A stretch of 64,000 nt of DNA from Amphiscolops sp. MND2022 (Eukaryota). Positions 50,060 to 64,000 of this stretch are shown piece after piece. The notes beneath the pieces were generated by a model. The model searched no databases. It saw only the letters and a list, made by a program, of their open reading frames with translations, and was not told the origin of the DNA. The stretch covers positions 69,628,001 to 69,692,000 of the forward strand of contig OZ076409.1 in the NCBI GenBank assembly GCA_964187785.1, in the 5' to 3' direction. Positions within the stretch are counted from its first letter, which is position 1; each line of letters opens with the position of its first letter. A program made the translations under genes and the position numbers.

Positions 50060-53000
50060 GACGTGAATCGCTGAAGTATCTTTTCCTGACGCTCCTGCGC
50101 TGGCAGGTACTTCTGTGAAATGCATAAGATGTTTACTAAGATTTACATCATGTCAATTTACAACTCTTCCTTATCCCCCATTTTTTGATACAAATGGATA
50201 GGGATTACAATCTGTGGATTTATTCAATTGTCAAAGGTCACTCACTTTTGCATTAACAATTTACTTAAACAATAATACAAACTTTAGAACTCCAAGTAGC
50301 TACAACAGTAAATGAAACAGTGTAAATGGGTCTCAGGTTACAAGCAATGTTTGTTTTCCACTTTTTAGGTTCTTCTTTCGACTTTCCTTCTTCCCTTCCA
50401 ATGCACGTATCATTACATTTTGTCCCAGCTATTCTGGTCTCTTCACCAGTCGCCATGACTTCTTTTTTTGATAGTTCCCAGGTTGCTTCTCATTGGATTA
50501 GTACTTTTTCTAGAATTACCTCCCCTTCTTCTTCTTCTGACTGTCCATACCCGATAGTTTTTGACTCGGATTTTGCCGCCTCAGTGACGTCTCCTTCTTC
50601 CACTTCTGTTGTTTACCAGATTCTGCTATTGAGTATACGCCCGCTTCTGATTATGGATTTTTAAATTGCTTTCTGTCAGTATTTCCTCTTGCTCTATTTG
50701 GGTGCTGGTTTCTCCCCTGATCTCGTCGACTTCTTCCTCATTTGACGAGGACGACAGCCTCTGTCCGCTTCTTTTCTCTCATAAGCTTTCCATTTGTCAT
50801 TTTGTTGCAGTGTGGCAAATCTTCTGTTCTTGCCAATTTCTCCACATTCATTCTTTTCGTGGGTTTGACCCGTTTGACTGCCACGTCTCTTTTCTACAAA
50901 AAGACAGGCTTTTTTATCTGGCAAAATCGTAGTAATGTTTTTGAACTCCGACACTCTTTTGGCTTTTCTCTTTCAGAAGTTTCCTTCTAATTTGGATTCT
51001 CTGGTCCTCTCTCGGAATAGGACAGTCGAGTCCGCATCTGGGCTGAAGTTGTCTTCTTTAATTTTGAGATTAGGGTCTCTGTCTGAAAATAAATCAATCA
51101 CTATGGCAGTTTTTGGAGTATTGGGTGCTTGTTTCTTATGCCGCTCAAAAGCTGATTTCCCATCCTTACAAATCTCCGTTCTCAACGCGAATAGGATCCT
51201 CGATAAATTTTTCCTGTTTCTCCCAAAAACCACCCTTCACTGTTTCGAAGTCTCTCATTGTTTGTCCTGATCATTCTCTCGACCTTCCCGTTTCTTCTGT
51301 GATCCTTTATCGGGCTAACTATATGTTTTTGGTAATTAGCTTTACAAACTTGTCGAAATTTTTCTTTGTTAAACGCTGTTCCCAGGTTGTCCTTATTCGC
51401 TGAGGAATTCAGTGTTTTGCTATATCTTCTTCCAAAAATTTCAAACCCCTTTCGGTAGTCAGAATAGTTAAAATAGCGCCCCTGGCCATCCCGAATTTTT
51501 ACAACAGAAACCAACCTGTACTTTTTTCCTTGCGGTGCGCTTCTTTCCGATTTCCTTTTGAAATTTAGGACTCTGTAAATTATTACCTATTTTGATAAAT
51601 TCTGGGCAATTGTTTGCCTTCTCAACAGTATCCTGGTGGCTTCTGAGCCACCAAACGTTTGCGGCCTTTCTCAACATGACTTCTCTGCCCGCATGGTCGA
51701 AGTGAATTGCCGTTAGCGTATTTTCCCACGTCTTCCGGGATAACTAGCCGTTCGTCGGGATATAATACGTTGGTTGATTGTAGAATAAATGATTTAAACT
51801 TTTCCCTCCAAGAACGGGGAAAGCTTGCAATTCAGGCGGAATCGCAATTTTGAATAAATATAGTCATCTGCAAATTTTTGTCTTTTTGATAATTAGCTTG
51901 TACGTACACTCGGCTAACTATCAAATTTGCAGCCATTATCTTATTGCTCGCGTTTTGAATATTTTGTCACTCTTATCTGTGTTGTTGTTTAGACGCACAC
52001 TGCCGTTTTCCGCAGATACTGTAAACACGTGCGTTCTGTCTGCTGATTGGCTATTGGCTCCCATTATCAGGTTCAAGATTACAGCTTCTTCCACTTCTGT
52101 TGTTGACCAGATTATGCTATTGAGTATACGCCCGCTTCTGATTATGGGTTTTTTATAAGGCTTTCTGTCAGTATTATCTTTTGCTCTATTTGGGTGCTGA
52201 TTTCTCCCCTGATCTCGGCGACTTTTTCCTTACTTGACGATGACGATAGCCTTAGTGTCCGCTTCTTTTCTGTCATATTCTTTCCATTTGTCATTTTGCT
52301 GCAGTGTGGCAAATCTTCTGATCTTGCCAATTTCTCCACATTCATTCTTTTCGTGGGTTTGACCCGTTTGACTGCCACGTCTCTTTTCTACAAAAAGACA
52401 GGCTTTTTTATCTGGCAAAATCGTAATAATGTTTTTGAACTCCGACACTCTCTTGGTTTTTTCTCTTTCAGAAGATTCCTTCTAATTCGGATTCTCTGGT
52501 CCTCTCTCGGAATAGGACAGTCGAGTCCGCATCTGGGCTGAAGTTGTCTTCTTTAATTTGGAGATTAGGGTCTCTGTCTGAAATTAAATCATTCACCATT
52601 GCAATTTTTGGAGTATTGGGTGCTTGTTTCTTATGCCGCTCAAAAGTCGATTTCCCATCCTTACAAATCTCCGTTCTCAACGCGAATAAGATCTCTGATA
52701 ATTTTTTCTTATTTCTCTCTTAAGCCACTTTTTCATTGCTTTGAAGTCTCTCATTGTTTGTCCTAATCATTCTCTCGACCTTCCCGTTTCTTCTGTGATC
52801 CTTTTTTGGGCAAACTATATGTTTTTGGTAATTAGCTTTACAAAGCTGTCGAAATTTTTCTTTGTTAAACGCTGTTCCCAGGTTGTCCTTATTCGCTGAG
52901 GAATTCCGTGTTTTGCTATATTATCATCCAAAATTTTCAAACCTTTTTACCCTTTTCGGTAGTCAGTATTGTTAAAAGTAGCGCCCCTGGCCTTCCCGAT

Positions 53001-56000
53001 TTAATACCACAGAATTCAACCTGTACTGTTTTCCTTGCGGTGCGTTTCATTCCAATTTCCTTTGGACTTTTATGACTCTTTTAATTATTACATGCTTTGA
53101 TAAATTCTGGGCAATTGTTTGCCTTTTCAACAGTATCCTGGTGGATTCTGAGCCACCAAACGTCTGCGGCCTTTCTCAACATGACTTTTCTGCCGGCATG
53201 GTCGAACTGAATTGCCGTTAGCGTATTTTCCCACATGTCTTCCGGGATAACTAGCCGTTCGTCGGGATATAATACGTTGGTTGATTGTAGAATAAATGAT
53301 TTAAACTTTTCCCTCCAAGAACGGCGAAAGCTTGCAATTTAGGCGGAATCGCAATTTTGAATAAATATAGTCATCTGCAAATTTTTGTCTTTTTGATAAT
53401 TAGCTTGTACGTACACTCGGCTAACTATCAAGCTTGCAGCCATTATCTTATCGCTCGCGTTTTGAATAATTTTGTCACTCTTATTTGTGTTGTTGTTTAG
53501 AAGCACACAGCCGTTTTCCTCAGATACTGTAAATACGTGGGTTCTGTCTTCTGATTGGCTATTTGCTCCCATTATCACTTTTTTTGGTTGTTTCTTTTCG
53601 CCGTAATCACTTCATATGAATCTTTTGGAAATTTGTTTACGACGTTGATTGTAAACCAATCGTCGACCTTTTGTTCATGTTTGATTACTGCGCCATTAAA
53701 AGGGCATGGATGAGGTGATAAGTAATCCGCAATTCCTAGCGTTCTTCTAGGAGTATGTACACTGGTGATTTCGAATGGAAGTAGTCTGTCCACCCATCTT
53801 TTCAAACGGCTAGAAAAGGTTTCATTTGCGTTGTTTTCTTTAATTACGCTTTTTAACGCCTTGTGGTTGGATACAAAATCAAATTCGATTCCGTATACAT
53901 AATTTGGAAAATGCTCAACCGACCGTAGTACAGCTAATAACTTCAAGTAATTGATTATGTTATTCGCTTCAACATCCGTTGGAACTCTAGATGCATACGC
54001 AATTGGTTTCCAACTATTCTCTTCTCTTTGTTGTAATACTGCCCCTAGTCCTTGTTTCCTTGAATAGCAAATAATCCGTAGCGGGCAATTTCTTTTAACT
54101 ACTTTTTTCACATGAATAAGAATCCATTCAAACGCCTCTCCGTGTTCGTGCGACTTCCATTCCGCGTCTTCGTTTAGAAATTTTCTGAGAGGATAACAGT
54201 CCGCTGCCAAATCGGGCATAAATATATTCAACCGATTAACATCTCCTAGGTACGAGCTAATTTTTTCAAAATCGCTCGTCGTAGTCTTTGATGCCTTGCA
54301 ATTTGTTATTAACTAGCGATACACATGTCTTAGTCAATCTAAACCCAGGCCACTCCATTTGGCTTCGTGCAATTTTACCTTTTTCCGCCTTTATTTTAAA
54401 ATTTGCCAAATCTAATACCTTGAGTATATCCCGCACTTTAGCCATATATTGTGTCTTTGTTCCTTTCGTTACAATTAAAATATCATCTCAAAAATTTATT
54501 TCTAAACCTAGCTGAAAGAATATCCATAACTTTTTGAAATTCTGTTAACATAACTGTCAGACCATAAAAACGCGTTACAAAACGGTGCGTTCCCGTTGAT
54601 TCTCCGCCGATACTTTGGAACATACAATGTTTCAGCGTTAAAGCGTGTAGAGAAACCTGGTCATATGCGAACGTTAATTATAGTGACGAATAGCCAACTT
54701 CTTCATCTGCAAATTTATCTATACGATTGCCTCATTCAGTGCTCTTTCATCCAATTTTGTTTTTACCAAACGATCTTTAGTTTCAGTTTTTACCGTCGGC
54801 TGATGAAAAACATCCTCCTTGATTTCGTCTAGATTTTTGATATGGCCTTCCATCGAAAAACATTGTATTGCCAACTTTACTGCTATTCGCGTTTGGAAGG
54901 GTATTGTTTTTCCTTTTGCTGAGAAATTGTTGTGTCCTCTTCCGTTTTTATTTTGATTTTATGGTCTTTTGTTTTTCCTTTTCTGGAAAAACTTTTTGGA
55001 AAATTGTTTACAAACTTTTTGGTTTCCGCACTTAATTGTTCTACTTCTTTCTCGATTACATTAATTTTTGACTCAAACATTGGGTTTGGAATCATTTTGA
55101 ACTTTAGCGTTGACAACCACTCTCTCCTCACTATGGACTTCATTCCCTCTTTGGCGACTAGAATTCTTGCCTTCTTTGTAAATTTCTCACCCAGTTGCAA
55201 CTGACAGATCACGTAATTCAAGAGGTGTAGGGGGTTTACCTTTGAAATCTGCATTTTTCTCTCCTTCAACCATTCGTCTGATTTGGGGGTCCTTTCTGCC
55301 CATGATATTCTCTATTTCATCTACAGCAAAGATAGTAACAGGTGAGCTGGTGTCTATCATGGTTTTCAATTGAACACTTTTTATCCAACGTTCCAGGTAG
55401 TAAGTCGCGGTTTTCTGTTTTGCTTCACTTTCAACGTTAAGCACCATTTCGTTGCTATCTGAAACGTGATCTTCTGGCTATCCGAAAAATGACCTCTCCT
55501 TCTTCCACTCAGGTCGCTTGACCAGATTCTGCTATTTGGTTTACGCCCGCTTCTGGTTGTGGATCTTTTATATTGCCTTCTGTCAGTATTTTCTCTCGCT
55601 CTATCTGGGTGTTGATTTTTCCCCCGATCTCGTCGGCTTCTTCCTCACTTGACGATGACGATTGTCTTAGTGTCCGCTTCTTTTCTGTCATTTTCGTTCC
55701 AATTGTCGTTTTGCTGCAGTGTGGCAAATCTTCTGTTCTTGCCATTTTCTCTACTTTTTTCCTTCCGTGGTTTTGTCCCGTTTGATTGCCACGTCTTTTT
55801 TTGAAAGACAGGCTTTCCTCTATCTGGCAAAATGGTGATAGTGTTTTTGGACTCCGACACTTTCTTGGCTTTTCTCTTTGAGAAGGTTCTTTCTAATTTG
55901 GATCCTCTGGTCCTTTCTCGGATTGGGACAGTCGATGGGCTGAAGTCGTCTTCTTCACTTTGGAGATTAGGGTCTCTCTCTGAAATTACCTCATTCACCA

Positions 56001-56200
56001 TTGCAGTGTTTGGAGTATTGGGGTTTTGTTTCTATGCCGCTCAAAAGCCGATTTCCCATCCTTACCAATCTCTGTTCTCAACGCGAAAAAGATCCTTGAA
56101 TCGCAGAAGTATCTTTCTCTCACGCTTCTGCGCTGGCATGTACTTCCGTTAATTGCATCATATGTTCACTAATATTTATGTCATGTCAATTTAGAACTCT
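50060..56200 (-). mobile_element. Decayed, rearranged Gypsy element with duplicated integrase segments
   Basis: Protease MIDTSSPVTIF (55187-55447); RNase H GLGAVLQQ..WKPIAYASR..RLKRWVDRLLPF..GIADYLS (53575-54231); integrase DHRRNGKVERMIRT; direct repeats of about 90 bp at 50078-50168 and 56110-56200 as probable LTR remnants. Confidence 0.85.
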
Positions 56201-59200
56201 ATCACAGTATGAGAAAAAAACGCTTTTGGTGTGGAAAATCGAAGGGGAATGTTTTGTTCTTTTCGAGTGTTTACACAAATAGTTGAAACTTTATGATGTT
56301 TTTGAGGGTATGAGTCTCCACAGTTTTCAGCAGAAAAACACATTCATCTTTAGCCAACTCCTATATCGACACTCTGTAACGTGTTATCTCCATCGAAAGA
56401 ATAAATTGAAACAAAAATTGTCAAACGTTTTATTCAATATTACGTTTTGGTAAGCTACACTCGAGCCTTGAGAATAATTCGCAGCCAAATTATTTTGCGG
56501 CGGGAGATCTTCCGCTGCACAGCGGGCGAGTTGTTGAAGAATTTGCTGAGCAAATTGGTAGTACAGCACCAGAAAATACACTTCGAAAGTACGCGAAATA
56601 ATGTATGCGAAAAACTTGCCGGATTCAAAGAGTGGAAAAACCGCCGCCAATTGTGTCGTCGAAACTCAAATCATGTTACTAATTGAAGATCCACAATTGA
56701 GCGCAAGTAACCCATCAAAAGCGCCATGGTATACAAAACATTGTGGTACTAATGCATCATTTTTTAAAACCTGATGCATAAAATTCCGATTTTTCTGTAT
56801 AATCTTAATAATTTTGGCGGTCTTAATCATATGTATCGGACCCTTTCAACTCAAAATTTTTGTCCAGTTGCAGGGTGAGCTTCAAAAAAATATATTCGAG
56901 CATCTTAAAACTTAAAATCCGCAATTGCTTTTCGTTGTCCTTGGTTTCCAATGTCTTGGAAAAGGCTTTCACATTCTTGTTAGATCATCATGCTGGTTCA
57001 TTTTTCCCAAGAAATTGATAGGGTTTTGATGTCTTCCTTTAAAAAGTTGTCAGAAAATTTGATTGAAATGTTTTCACAAAGATTGGTTGAAATATTTTCT
57101 CGTCTACTGGTAGCATCCAAGGGAATCTAACCACATGTCCAATCTATGAAAACAAATGACCACATGATGAAACCTTTGATGTTGACAAAATTAGATGTCT
57201 GTTGCTAGCGGCCAGTCAAAGATTAAAGCCGAATTCGTTGAGGCAGGCAGTCTTTTATCGTCTGTGGTCTGAAAGAGAAGAAAGACCAATTTAGTTTCTT
57301 ACCAACCAGTTCATTCTGACATTGACATAATACCAGTAATTTGACATTGCGGTAAGTACATAGCGCAGAAAACGAAAAGTATGGATTAATTCTGCTGCTT
57401 CTTGCAAAAAACATACATACATATATGTATATACATTTGCATCAAAGGGCATCATAGATGGGAATGCGTTGTAACGAACACTGGTGATTTTGAACGTCTT
57501 ACGGCGTACCATAACTGCATATATGAAGCACTGCTTGATGCTTCGAGGAATTATTACGATTCCTGATTACGCCAACGGTGGTTGCGCTTAATAATGACCC
57601 CCTTTGAATCTAAGTCATGTTCCGCTGATTTTACAGAGTGCCTTTTCCAATTCTTTCTTGTGCAAATCGCTTCTCTAATTGGAGTACACCATTACCATAC
57701 TCCGTAGAAAATTACATTGAGATGGTTTACACAGCTAATCAAAGAGATATGCCGTGTACAATTTTTCTAGGCTGACTGTTATTAAAATTTTGTCAAAAAA
57801 GCTGGATGTCAATTTAATGTTATAGTCAATTTCAACTTTAACAATGTTGATAGCTAGTTTTGGTTAGTTACAATACATATTTTTTATCCCTTTTCTTAAC
57901 TTTATAAGTAGTAATCTTGCATCTTTGCACTTTCCAGCTAAATACATTGACCTAGATTTGAAGAAATAGCATTGCATCAGGGAAATATTTAGCATGAATG
58001 ATTCACCAAGAAACTTCCAAAATCATACTATAAGTGCTTGGCAACCTTAATGAACATGTAAAACTTTCGAGCAGATTCAACTAGGGCTATGACCAAAAAT
58101 GGTTTACCCTAAAACAGCTTTGCGGTTACTAAACACGTTAAAACACAAAACAAAACAGATCACAAATTGGTGTAGTTTTACAAAAAAAAATAATGAAACT
58201 GATGAAATTTGCTTCTTCAATTACGTGTGTAACTTTTTGAACAATTGGTTGGTTTTCAGGTTGGCTGTCGGTGCATTTTGTTCGCATCATTTTTTATCCT
58301 AAATGTTTCTCAATTGGCTTTATGATGCAGACATACAAACTATAATGCATTTTGTGAAAAATTTAGACCAGTGAATTATTTATTCAAGGGATTGATCTGC
58401 AGATTCTAAATATTTAGGATTCAATAATTCAATTTTCATATAATAAGTAAGATGGAAAAATGAAAAATCTCACACCAACCTATAAAGCGAAGCACATGTC
58501 AATTTACTGGGAGCACAAAGAGCCTCCGGAATGCAGATTGCCGAGTTATACAACCAAATGAACTTTGTAATAATATTACCAAACAAAAATTATCATTTTC
58601 GGTCATGAATATTTCGATTCTAAATTATTTGGTTGCCAACTGTTATTTTAAACACTTCGATTTTAGAAGAATAACTCCTATTCTTGTCTAATATCATTAA
58701 GAGGGCATTGTATCATCGAATGCTCATTTCACTATTAAAAGTTCCTGGAGAACAGTTTATCCAATTTAGACAAGATTCGAAAAAATAATTTGAAATATTT
58801 AAAAATAATTTTCCGATGTTTTGAAACCTCATCAGCAATAGCTATCACACACTTTTGTTGAAGAAATCATCCCCAAATATGAAGACCTGAAACACAAGTA
58901 CTTTTGCAAGATTTGTATATCGTTCTCGTTGTCTAGCTTCGAAATCACTGTTTTTACGAAAACAGAATAAACAGATTATTGATAACTAATACAAAATAAA
59001 ATTTTTTGAAAAAATTTTCACTGTTTGAGCCCAAAACCCGTGTAAAGGTACCGAGCATCATGTTATTTGGTGCCATCGTTTATCACTAAGAATAGTGGAG
59101 TACTTAATTTCTCCATTACCGCGGTGTGGACGCCGAATAAGCAGTACTGTTTTTCTAAATCAGCGCCTTTCGGATATTTTCTCCCCATAGCAAGCTAATG

Positions 59201-59404
59201 GTACCATATTTGCAGAAAAATTGTCAAATAATGGTGGAAATGGAGTTGTGGTTTCAAAGTGACTTGCTCAAGGTCACGAAGGTCTGACTGATAACCGTTG
59301 CTCTTTTTATTTTGCTTTTCTCCACCAAATGCGTTATTTTTTGTCGAGGTCCATACCACCAAACTAGTGATAAAAGACTTGCTTAAGGACCAACATTGGT
59401 GAGT

Positions 59405-59468
59405 TGAGAGAGATTCGAACTTGCTACCGACCAGTACAGACTAAATGCTCTAACCACTACGCCATTGC
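59405..59468 (-). repeat. tRNA-derived SINE head or tRNA pseudogene
   Basis: Minus strand reads TGGCGTAGTGGTTAGAGCA...AGTTCGAATCTC (A- and B-box-like); no convincing cloverleaf. Confidence 0.5.
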
Positions 59469-60763
59469 TCCTCTAAAGCCTAAATAGTCGTCGTTTTTCA
59501 AGTTGATTTTCTTCCAATTTTGTAACAGCAAGGTGCCCGCCTGGCTTGACTGTCACAAGAGGGGGGGGGGAACATGAGGGGATGGGGATTTTTGCTCGTG
59601 GCGGGCTCCCATTTGCCAACAGGCCCACTTTGTCTCCAGAGGATGGAATACATCCCGTGTTGGAGGGGGTACCGCTTCGACTGAATACTCGGCAACCTCT
59701 CTCAGTCTGTTAGGGCAACGAATAGCAGGCACCTCTTTTTACGCCAAAGCTCAACGCTCACATAGTTTTTAAAAACGGAAATGGGTGGAGGTAAATGAGG
59801 TAAATTTCCTCTTTAGAGCGCAAGTAACCAAAATAAGTTGCTTTCGAGCTATACCAACAAACAATACAAAAACCAAAAACGGCGTACTACATGGAAATAG
59901 CAACCTATAGAAACAACTGTTTGCAAGAATCAAGCAAACGCACTTTACATTTATTAGGGAGCAACAAGGTAAGTTGACTTTTACAAAGTCAGTAGTGTGT
60001 TAAGGCTTAAGTAGCACCTGTCAATTGAGTCCTCAGCCATATGCCTTGGGATTCTTTATCTTTTAATGCACAGTTCTTTGTAATCAGCACACTGTTTTGT
60101 CATCGGTCTTTGCGGTCAAGCATGCCTCGTGCTGACGTCATTTTGGTTCTTTCAATATTTCAGCTGTTGACATTTTAGTTTGGTATATGCAGGAATGAGA
60201 CATTACATTTGGTGCTTTAGAGGACAAAAAGTCAACATTATCATTTTTGAAGCCCAGACTTCCTAAATGTGACCTACTGACGAACAAGTCCATCAAAGAC
60301 TTTTAACTTTCGAGTTCGACTCTGTTGGGGCTGTTTTTGCACATAGTTGTTTTGAAGGATCTAGAAATTACTAATTCTGACAGAAACTAGCAACTACGCC
60401 AAAACAAACAAGTTCACTTCAAAACTTTTTCAAAGGTCAAGAGTTAAAACGTGGTTAGTCTTTTAATTGTACTCAGAGTGGCTTCCAAAGACGTTCTGGA
60501 CAACCACAGTGAAAAACATCAGAAAGGGACCCTTTGACCTCGAAAACGGGTTTCCAAATTCGAAATGTTCAAAAACACCAAAGAGTAGAAAAAAATTCGG
60601 CAAAATTGCCCAGCGCCGAAAAACCTAAAGCGACAAATCTTGATATCAGCGGTCTCCTGTTTCGCTGCAACGTACGCTAAGCCAAATTGAGCGCCAATCA
60701 TGTGGCTTTGACAAGGCTATTCGAGGAGTAGATAATCCATATAAAATATGTGGTCTTACGAAG

Positions 60764-61230
60764 AACAAGACGGGAACCTCTAAAGTCGGCGCTATTTCTA
60801 AAGGCTCAAAAAGCGCAAAAATTTTAAGATATGCTCAGGACATTTTTGTATTGAGGGTGCCTTTCCTGCTTGGAAAATGCTTGATAAGTTCGGATAAAGC
60901 GTGCTGGAACAAATGCGAGCGCTTTTTTCCGATCCTACGCTTCTTCTTAGTAAAACGCAAATTACTTCGGATATAACGCAAATAGTTGTAGGTATATATA
61001 GATATTGAGGTAAAACCTAATTTCAGACTAAAAAAGCGAATTTTGAAACAGGCTCATAGTCCCGAAGAATGTAAAATGAGAGACCTTTGGGCTTTTTGAA
61101 ACTCCACGTTGTTTTAAGTTTATAGAAAACTTGAAGGGGGAACCTTCGGAGACAACAAATTCGAAAACAAAGTCTCATAGTGCCGAAAAAAATCAAAGGG
61201 GGACCCTTTAGTCTCTTCCGGTTTTGTATG
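60764..61230 (-). repeat. Family A copy (partial)
   Basis: AACAAGACGGGAACCTCTAAAGTCGGCGC terminus plus the internal GTGCCGAAAAAA...GGGACCCTTT motif. Confidence 0.65.
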
Positions 61231-61567
61231 TTACGCTTAGAAAGTAAAAAAGGAAAGAGGGGACTTTTTGCTATAACTTAGATTTGTTTCCGAGGTATTC
61301 GTTTAGTTGAACAAACTGAACAAAAATTTCGTCTTTAAGGAAAAAAACGAGCTCTTATTCTAAAAGTGCCGATTAAATCTCGTCAACTTAATTGGCAAAG
61401 TGAAGCTAGCTATCCTTATTATTCATTGGCCGCCTGCAGAATAAAACTTACCACATCAAAAAACTTTCTGTAAACACGTCAATTTTTCAAACATTTTACA
61501 TATAGTTTCAAGTACCTTGTTAAGAAAAAAAAGTTGGTATTATCAAACCTAAAGGTTTGTTATTACC

Positions 61568-61745
61568 GGTTACATGTCATTTCGTCCTATGCAATTTCGT
61601 CCTATGCAATTTCAACCTATGCAATTTCAACCGCTGTCATTTGAACCTATTACACTTTCAACTGCTTGCCATTTCAACCGCATGCAATTACAACCGCTTG
61701 CAATTTCAACCGCTTGCAATTTCAACCGCTTGCCATTTCAACCTA
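61568..61745. repeat. Terminal tandem array of the MULE element (15-bp GCAATTTCAACCGCT-like units)
   Basis: About 11 degenerate units 650 bp downstream of the transposase stop; the other element end is outside the window. Confidence 0.75.
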
Positions 61746-62393
61746 TTTTAATTGGTTCAAGGTTGTTGCGTTCTTTGCGAACGTCCTAAAACTAATTGAA
61801 CATAATCGAAGCGCGGCAAAATAAAAGCAAACAAACTGTCAAGACGCATAATATTGAACGCATTGAAAACTTTCGTTACACTAAAATTTGCAATGTACGA
61901 AAAGGAGAGAATGATGTAATCGTATGACACAATTTGAAAAAGCATTCAACAACATGCTACTTGCGATCAAAAACTTATCACCGATGACGTCTGTTTGAAA
62001 GTGTGAAAATGAAGTGACTGAACAATTGTGATAAGAAAGTTTTTGGTTAAACGCTACTAAAATTCCTCATTTTTAAAAAACATTCAGTTACAATTAACAA
62101 CTTATACAAGTGCTACTCTTTTAAAAGGTTGGTCTGATTCCTCTGTCACGCTCTTGTGATTTCACGGGCATGGTTCTAATGTGGCTACATCAAAGAGCAG
62201 TTATAGGGAGTAGTGCGCCAAACTTGGGTACCCGTGGGAGGACGCAAGCGGGTGCCAGTTAATTGTAACTGATTAAAAATTATTCCCATTGATAGAATTG
62301 AATTGAGCAAAACGCGAATTTCAAATACACACTCACAAAAAAGTATTATATCAAAAAAGTAACAAATCAATGCAGCAAAAAAGTTCATTGTTT

Positions 62394-63776
62394 TCATCTA
62401 AAGTTGGCGACTGCTCGCAAATGAGGCAAGACGTTCTCGAAAGTGTACCCAGTTTGTATGACTTGCATCTGTTTTTTGATTTTTTCATAACGGGGGCGCT
62501 TGGAACAAACAATTCCAGTCGTCTCTTGAAGGTATTCAAATTTCTGCGTTTTCGAATCTTTCTCTAAATTCCGTAGGAGCAACCATTCGTTTGGTTGGGA
62601 GCCAGTGAAATAAGCTTGGAGTCCATAATGCCATCCTTCTACGCTGTTAGTTGTCTTTGCCACTACTTCGCCAGCGGCCTCGAACTGGTTCCATAATTCT
62701 ATTGGAAAAGGTGCCTTTTTCGTGACTATGGGGCCCTCTATATAGGTATTTTTAAAATAGAGTGCAAGTTCGTCCACTTTTTCGCTGATGGTGTCATCGA
62801 ACGTCTCCTTATCGATGACTTCAGCAATTTCTTCTACTACCAATTCAAAAGATGCTTTTACATGACAGGGCGGGACATGGGCAAGCGCGGGAAGCATTCT
62901 AAATGCCAAGTTGAAGTCCGGGCAATTTTCGTTAAAAACTTTTAGACCAATTTCGTTTATTTTACGGTTAAACGATTGTGTCAAGTGAAAGTAGCAGCAT
63001 GAAATGATCGCATCGGGAAATTTTTTGCTGAATGCGCTCAATGCTGCTTTTTTAAAATCTGCAAGGATGCGATCAGGTTTGGCGTTTGTTTCTTCGCAGA
63101 GCAATTCAAGCATTCGAGAATAGGTTTTTTTCTGTTTTGTTGGGTAGAAGTAAATAAACACAAGGGGGTGCAAAACCTTTTCACTCAAGGTGGATTGTGT
63201 ATATTTGGTGAAAATTGTCCGGTGATAATTTGAAAGTTCCATTAATCAGCCATGTTTTTGAAAAATTAAGCAAATTTTTCATTGTTGTGTCGCCAAACAT
63301 CAAAATTCGTTCGCTGTCATCTTTTCCGCTGTCTTTCAGAAGAAAGGTTTTGAACTCTTCGGGAATGTCAAAATGGCGATCAATCGGGGTTGGGGCGTCA
63401 GTTCTATTCTCTCTTTGTCGCTTGCGAAAAAATTTTCTTTTTTCGGCAATGAAAGCTGGATTGCATAATCGTTGGAGATTACCGAAATTTCACTTGCTAT
63501 GGCCACCGTTGGTGTCAAGGACTCTGACTTCTGTTTAATTTGGATAACAACTTCTTTCGCTTTACACTCGGAAGGGTCGCTTTCATGAGTGTGACTGTCT
63601 TTCAATTTAATGACCACGTTCTGGTTTGTCTTCAAAACGGCAGGGCATTTAATTGAATAGTATTTTGTGCATCTCCAAAGAATGCAACTTGAAGTGACTT
63701 GTTTTTGATTGTAACAGTAACCGTTGTGTACTGCAATATTGCCCCCTCTATTTGATTTCATGATTTGAATTAACAT
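62394..63776 (-). pseudogene. Mutator/MULE transposase with N-terminal FLYWCH domain, frameshifted
   Basis: SNRGG..HNGYCY...LWRC...KCPAVLKT...HTH (FLYWCH); ILADFKKAALSAF...FPDA.ISCCYFHLTQS (D and CxxH) and TTNSVEGWH (E); split over frames around 63240-63430. Confidence 0.9.
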
Positions 63777-64000
63777 TTTGAGCTTTGAGATTCAAAATTA
63801 TTGGACTTGTTGTGTGGACTAGTTACAATTCAGTTGACTTCGCTATTTAAACTATTAAAACGTTGCAAGTAATTATCACATTTCATAGTGTGAAAGATTA
63901 TTGTTAGTTGCTGGACCCTTTTTATAGCTTTACTAATTACCATAAAGGCTTTCATAATTAGCACGGTTGAGAGCAATTAGGTGAAAGTGTGAGAGATTGA

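Noticed and set aside
59500..59720. GC-rich island, possible LINE 5' end or ribozyme (similar patches at 5210-5540 and 25560-25700)
   Set aside because: No ORF, recognisable fold or second copy in the window to support a call.

Overview
Eukaryotic (metazoan, invertebrate-like), AT-rich and repeat-dense genomic DNA. One host gene is recognisable: a 10-exon BACE-type (beta-secretase/memapsin) aspartic protease on the + strand (5897-21359, about 482 aa). The dominant feature is a young, full-length, 15.4-kb Ty3/Gypsy LTR retrotransposon on the - strand (28233-43671; about 99% identical LTRs, GTGAC target-site duplication, PBS, PPT, gag with a -1 slippery site into a pol carrying three lesions). 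It has two unusual traits: gag starts inside the LTR, and the 7.3-kb region between pol and the 3' LTR carries a large spliced gene on the opposite strand (about 7 exons, about 1066 aa, BED-like zinc finger, weak resemblance to hAT transposase-derived proteins). The rest of the window holds decayed Gypsy fragments (one with a tandemly duplicated integrase segment), a frameshifted FLYWCH-MULE transposase, a Mutator-type MITE with a 9-bp TSD, several Helentron/DINE-1-like non-autonomous elements, tRNA-derived repeats and a degenerate tandem array. All calls were made by eye from the sequence; no database search was run.
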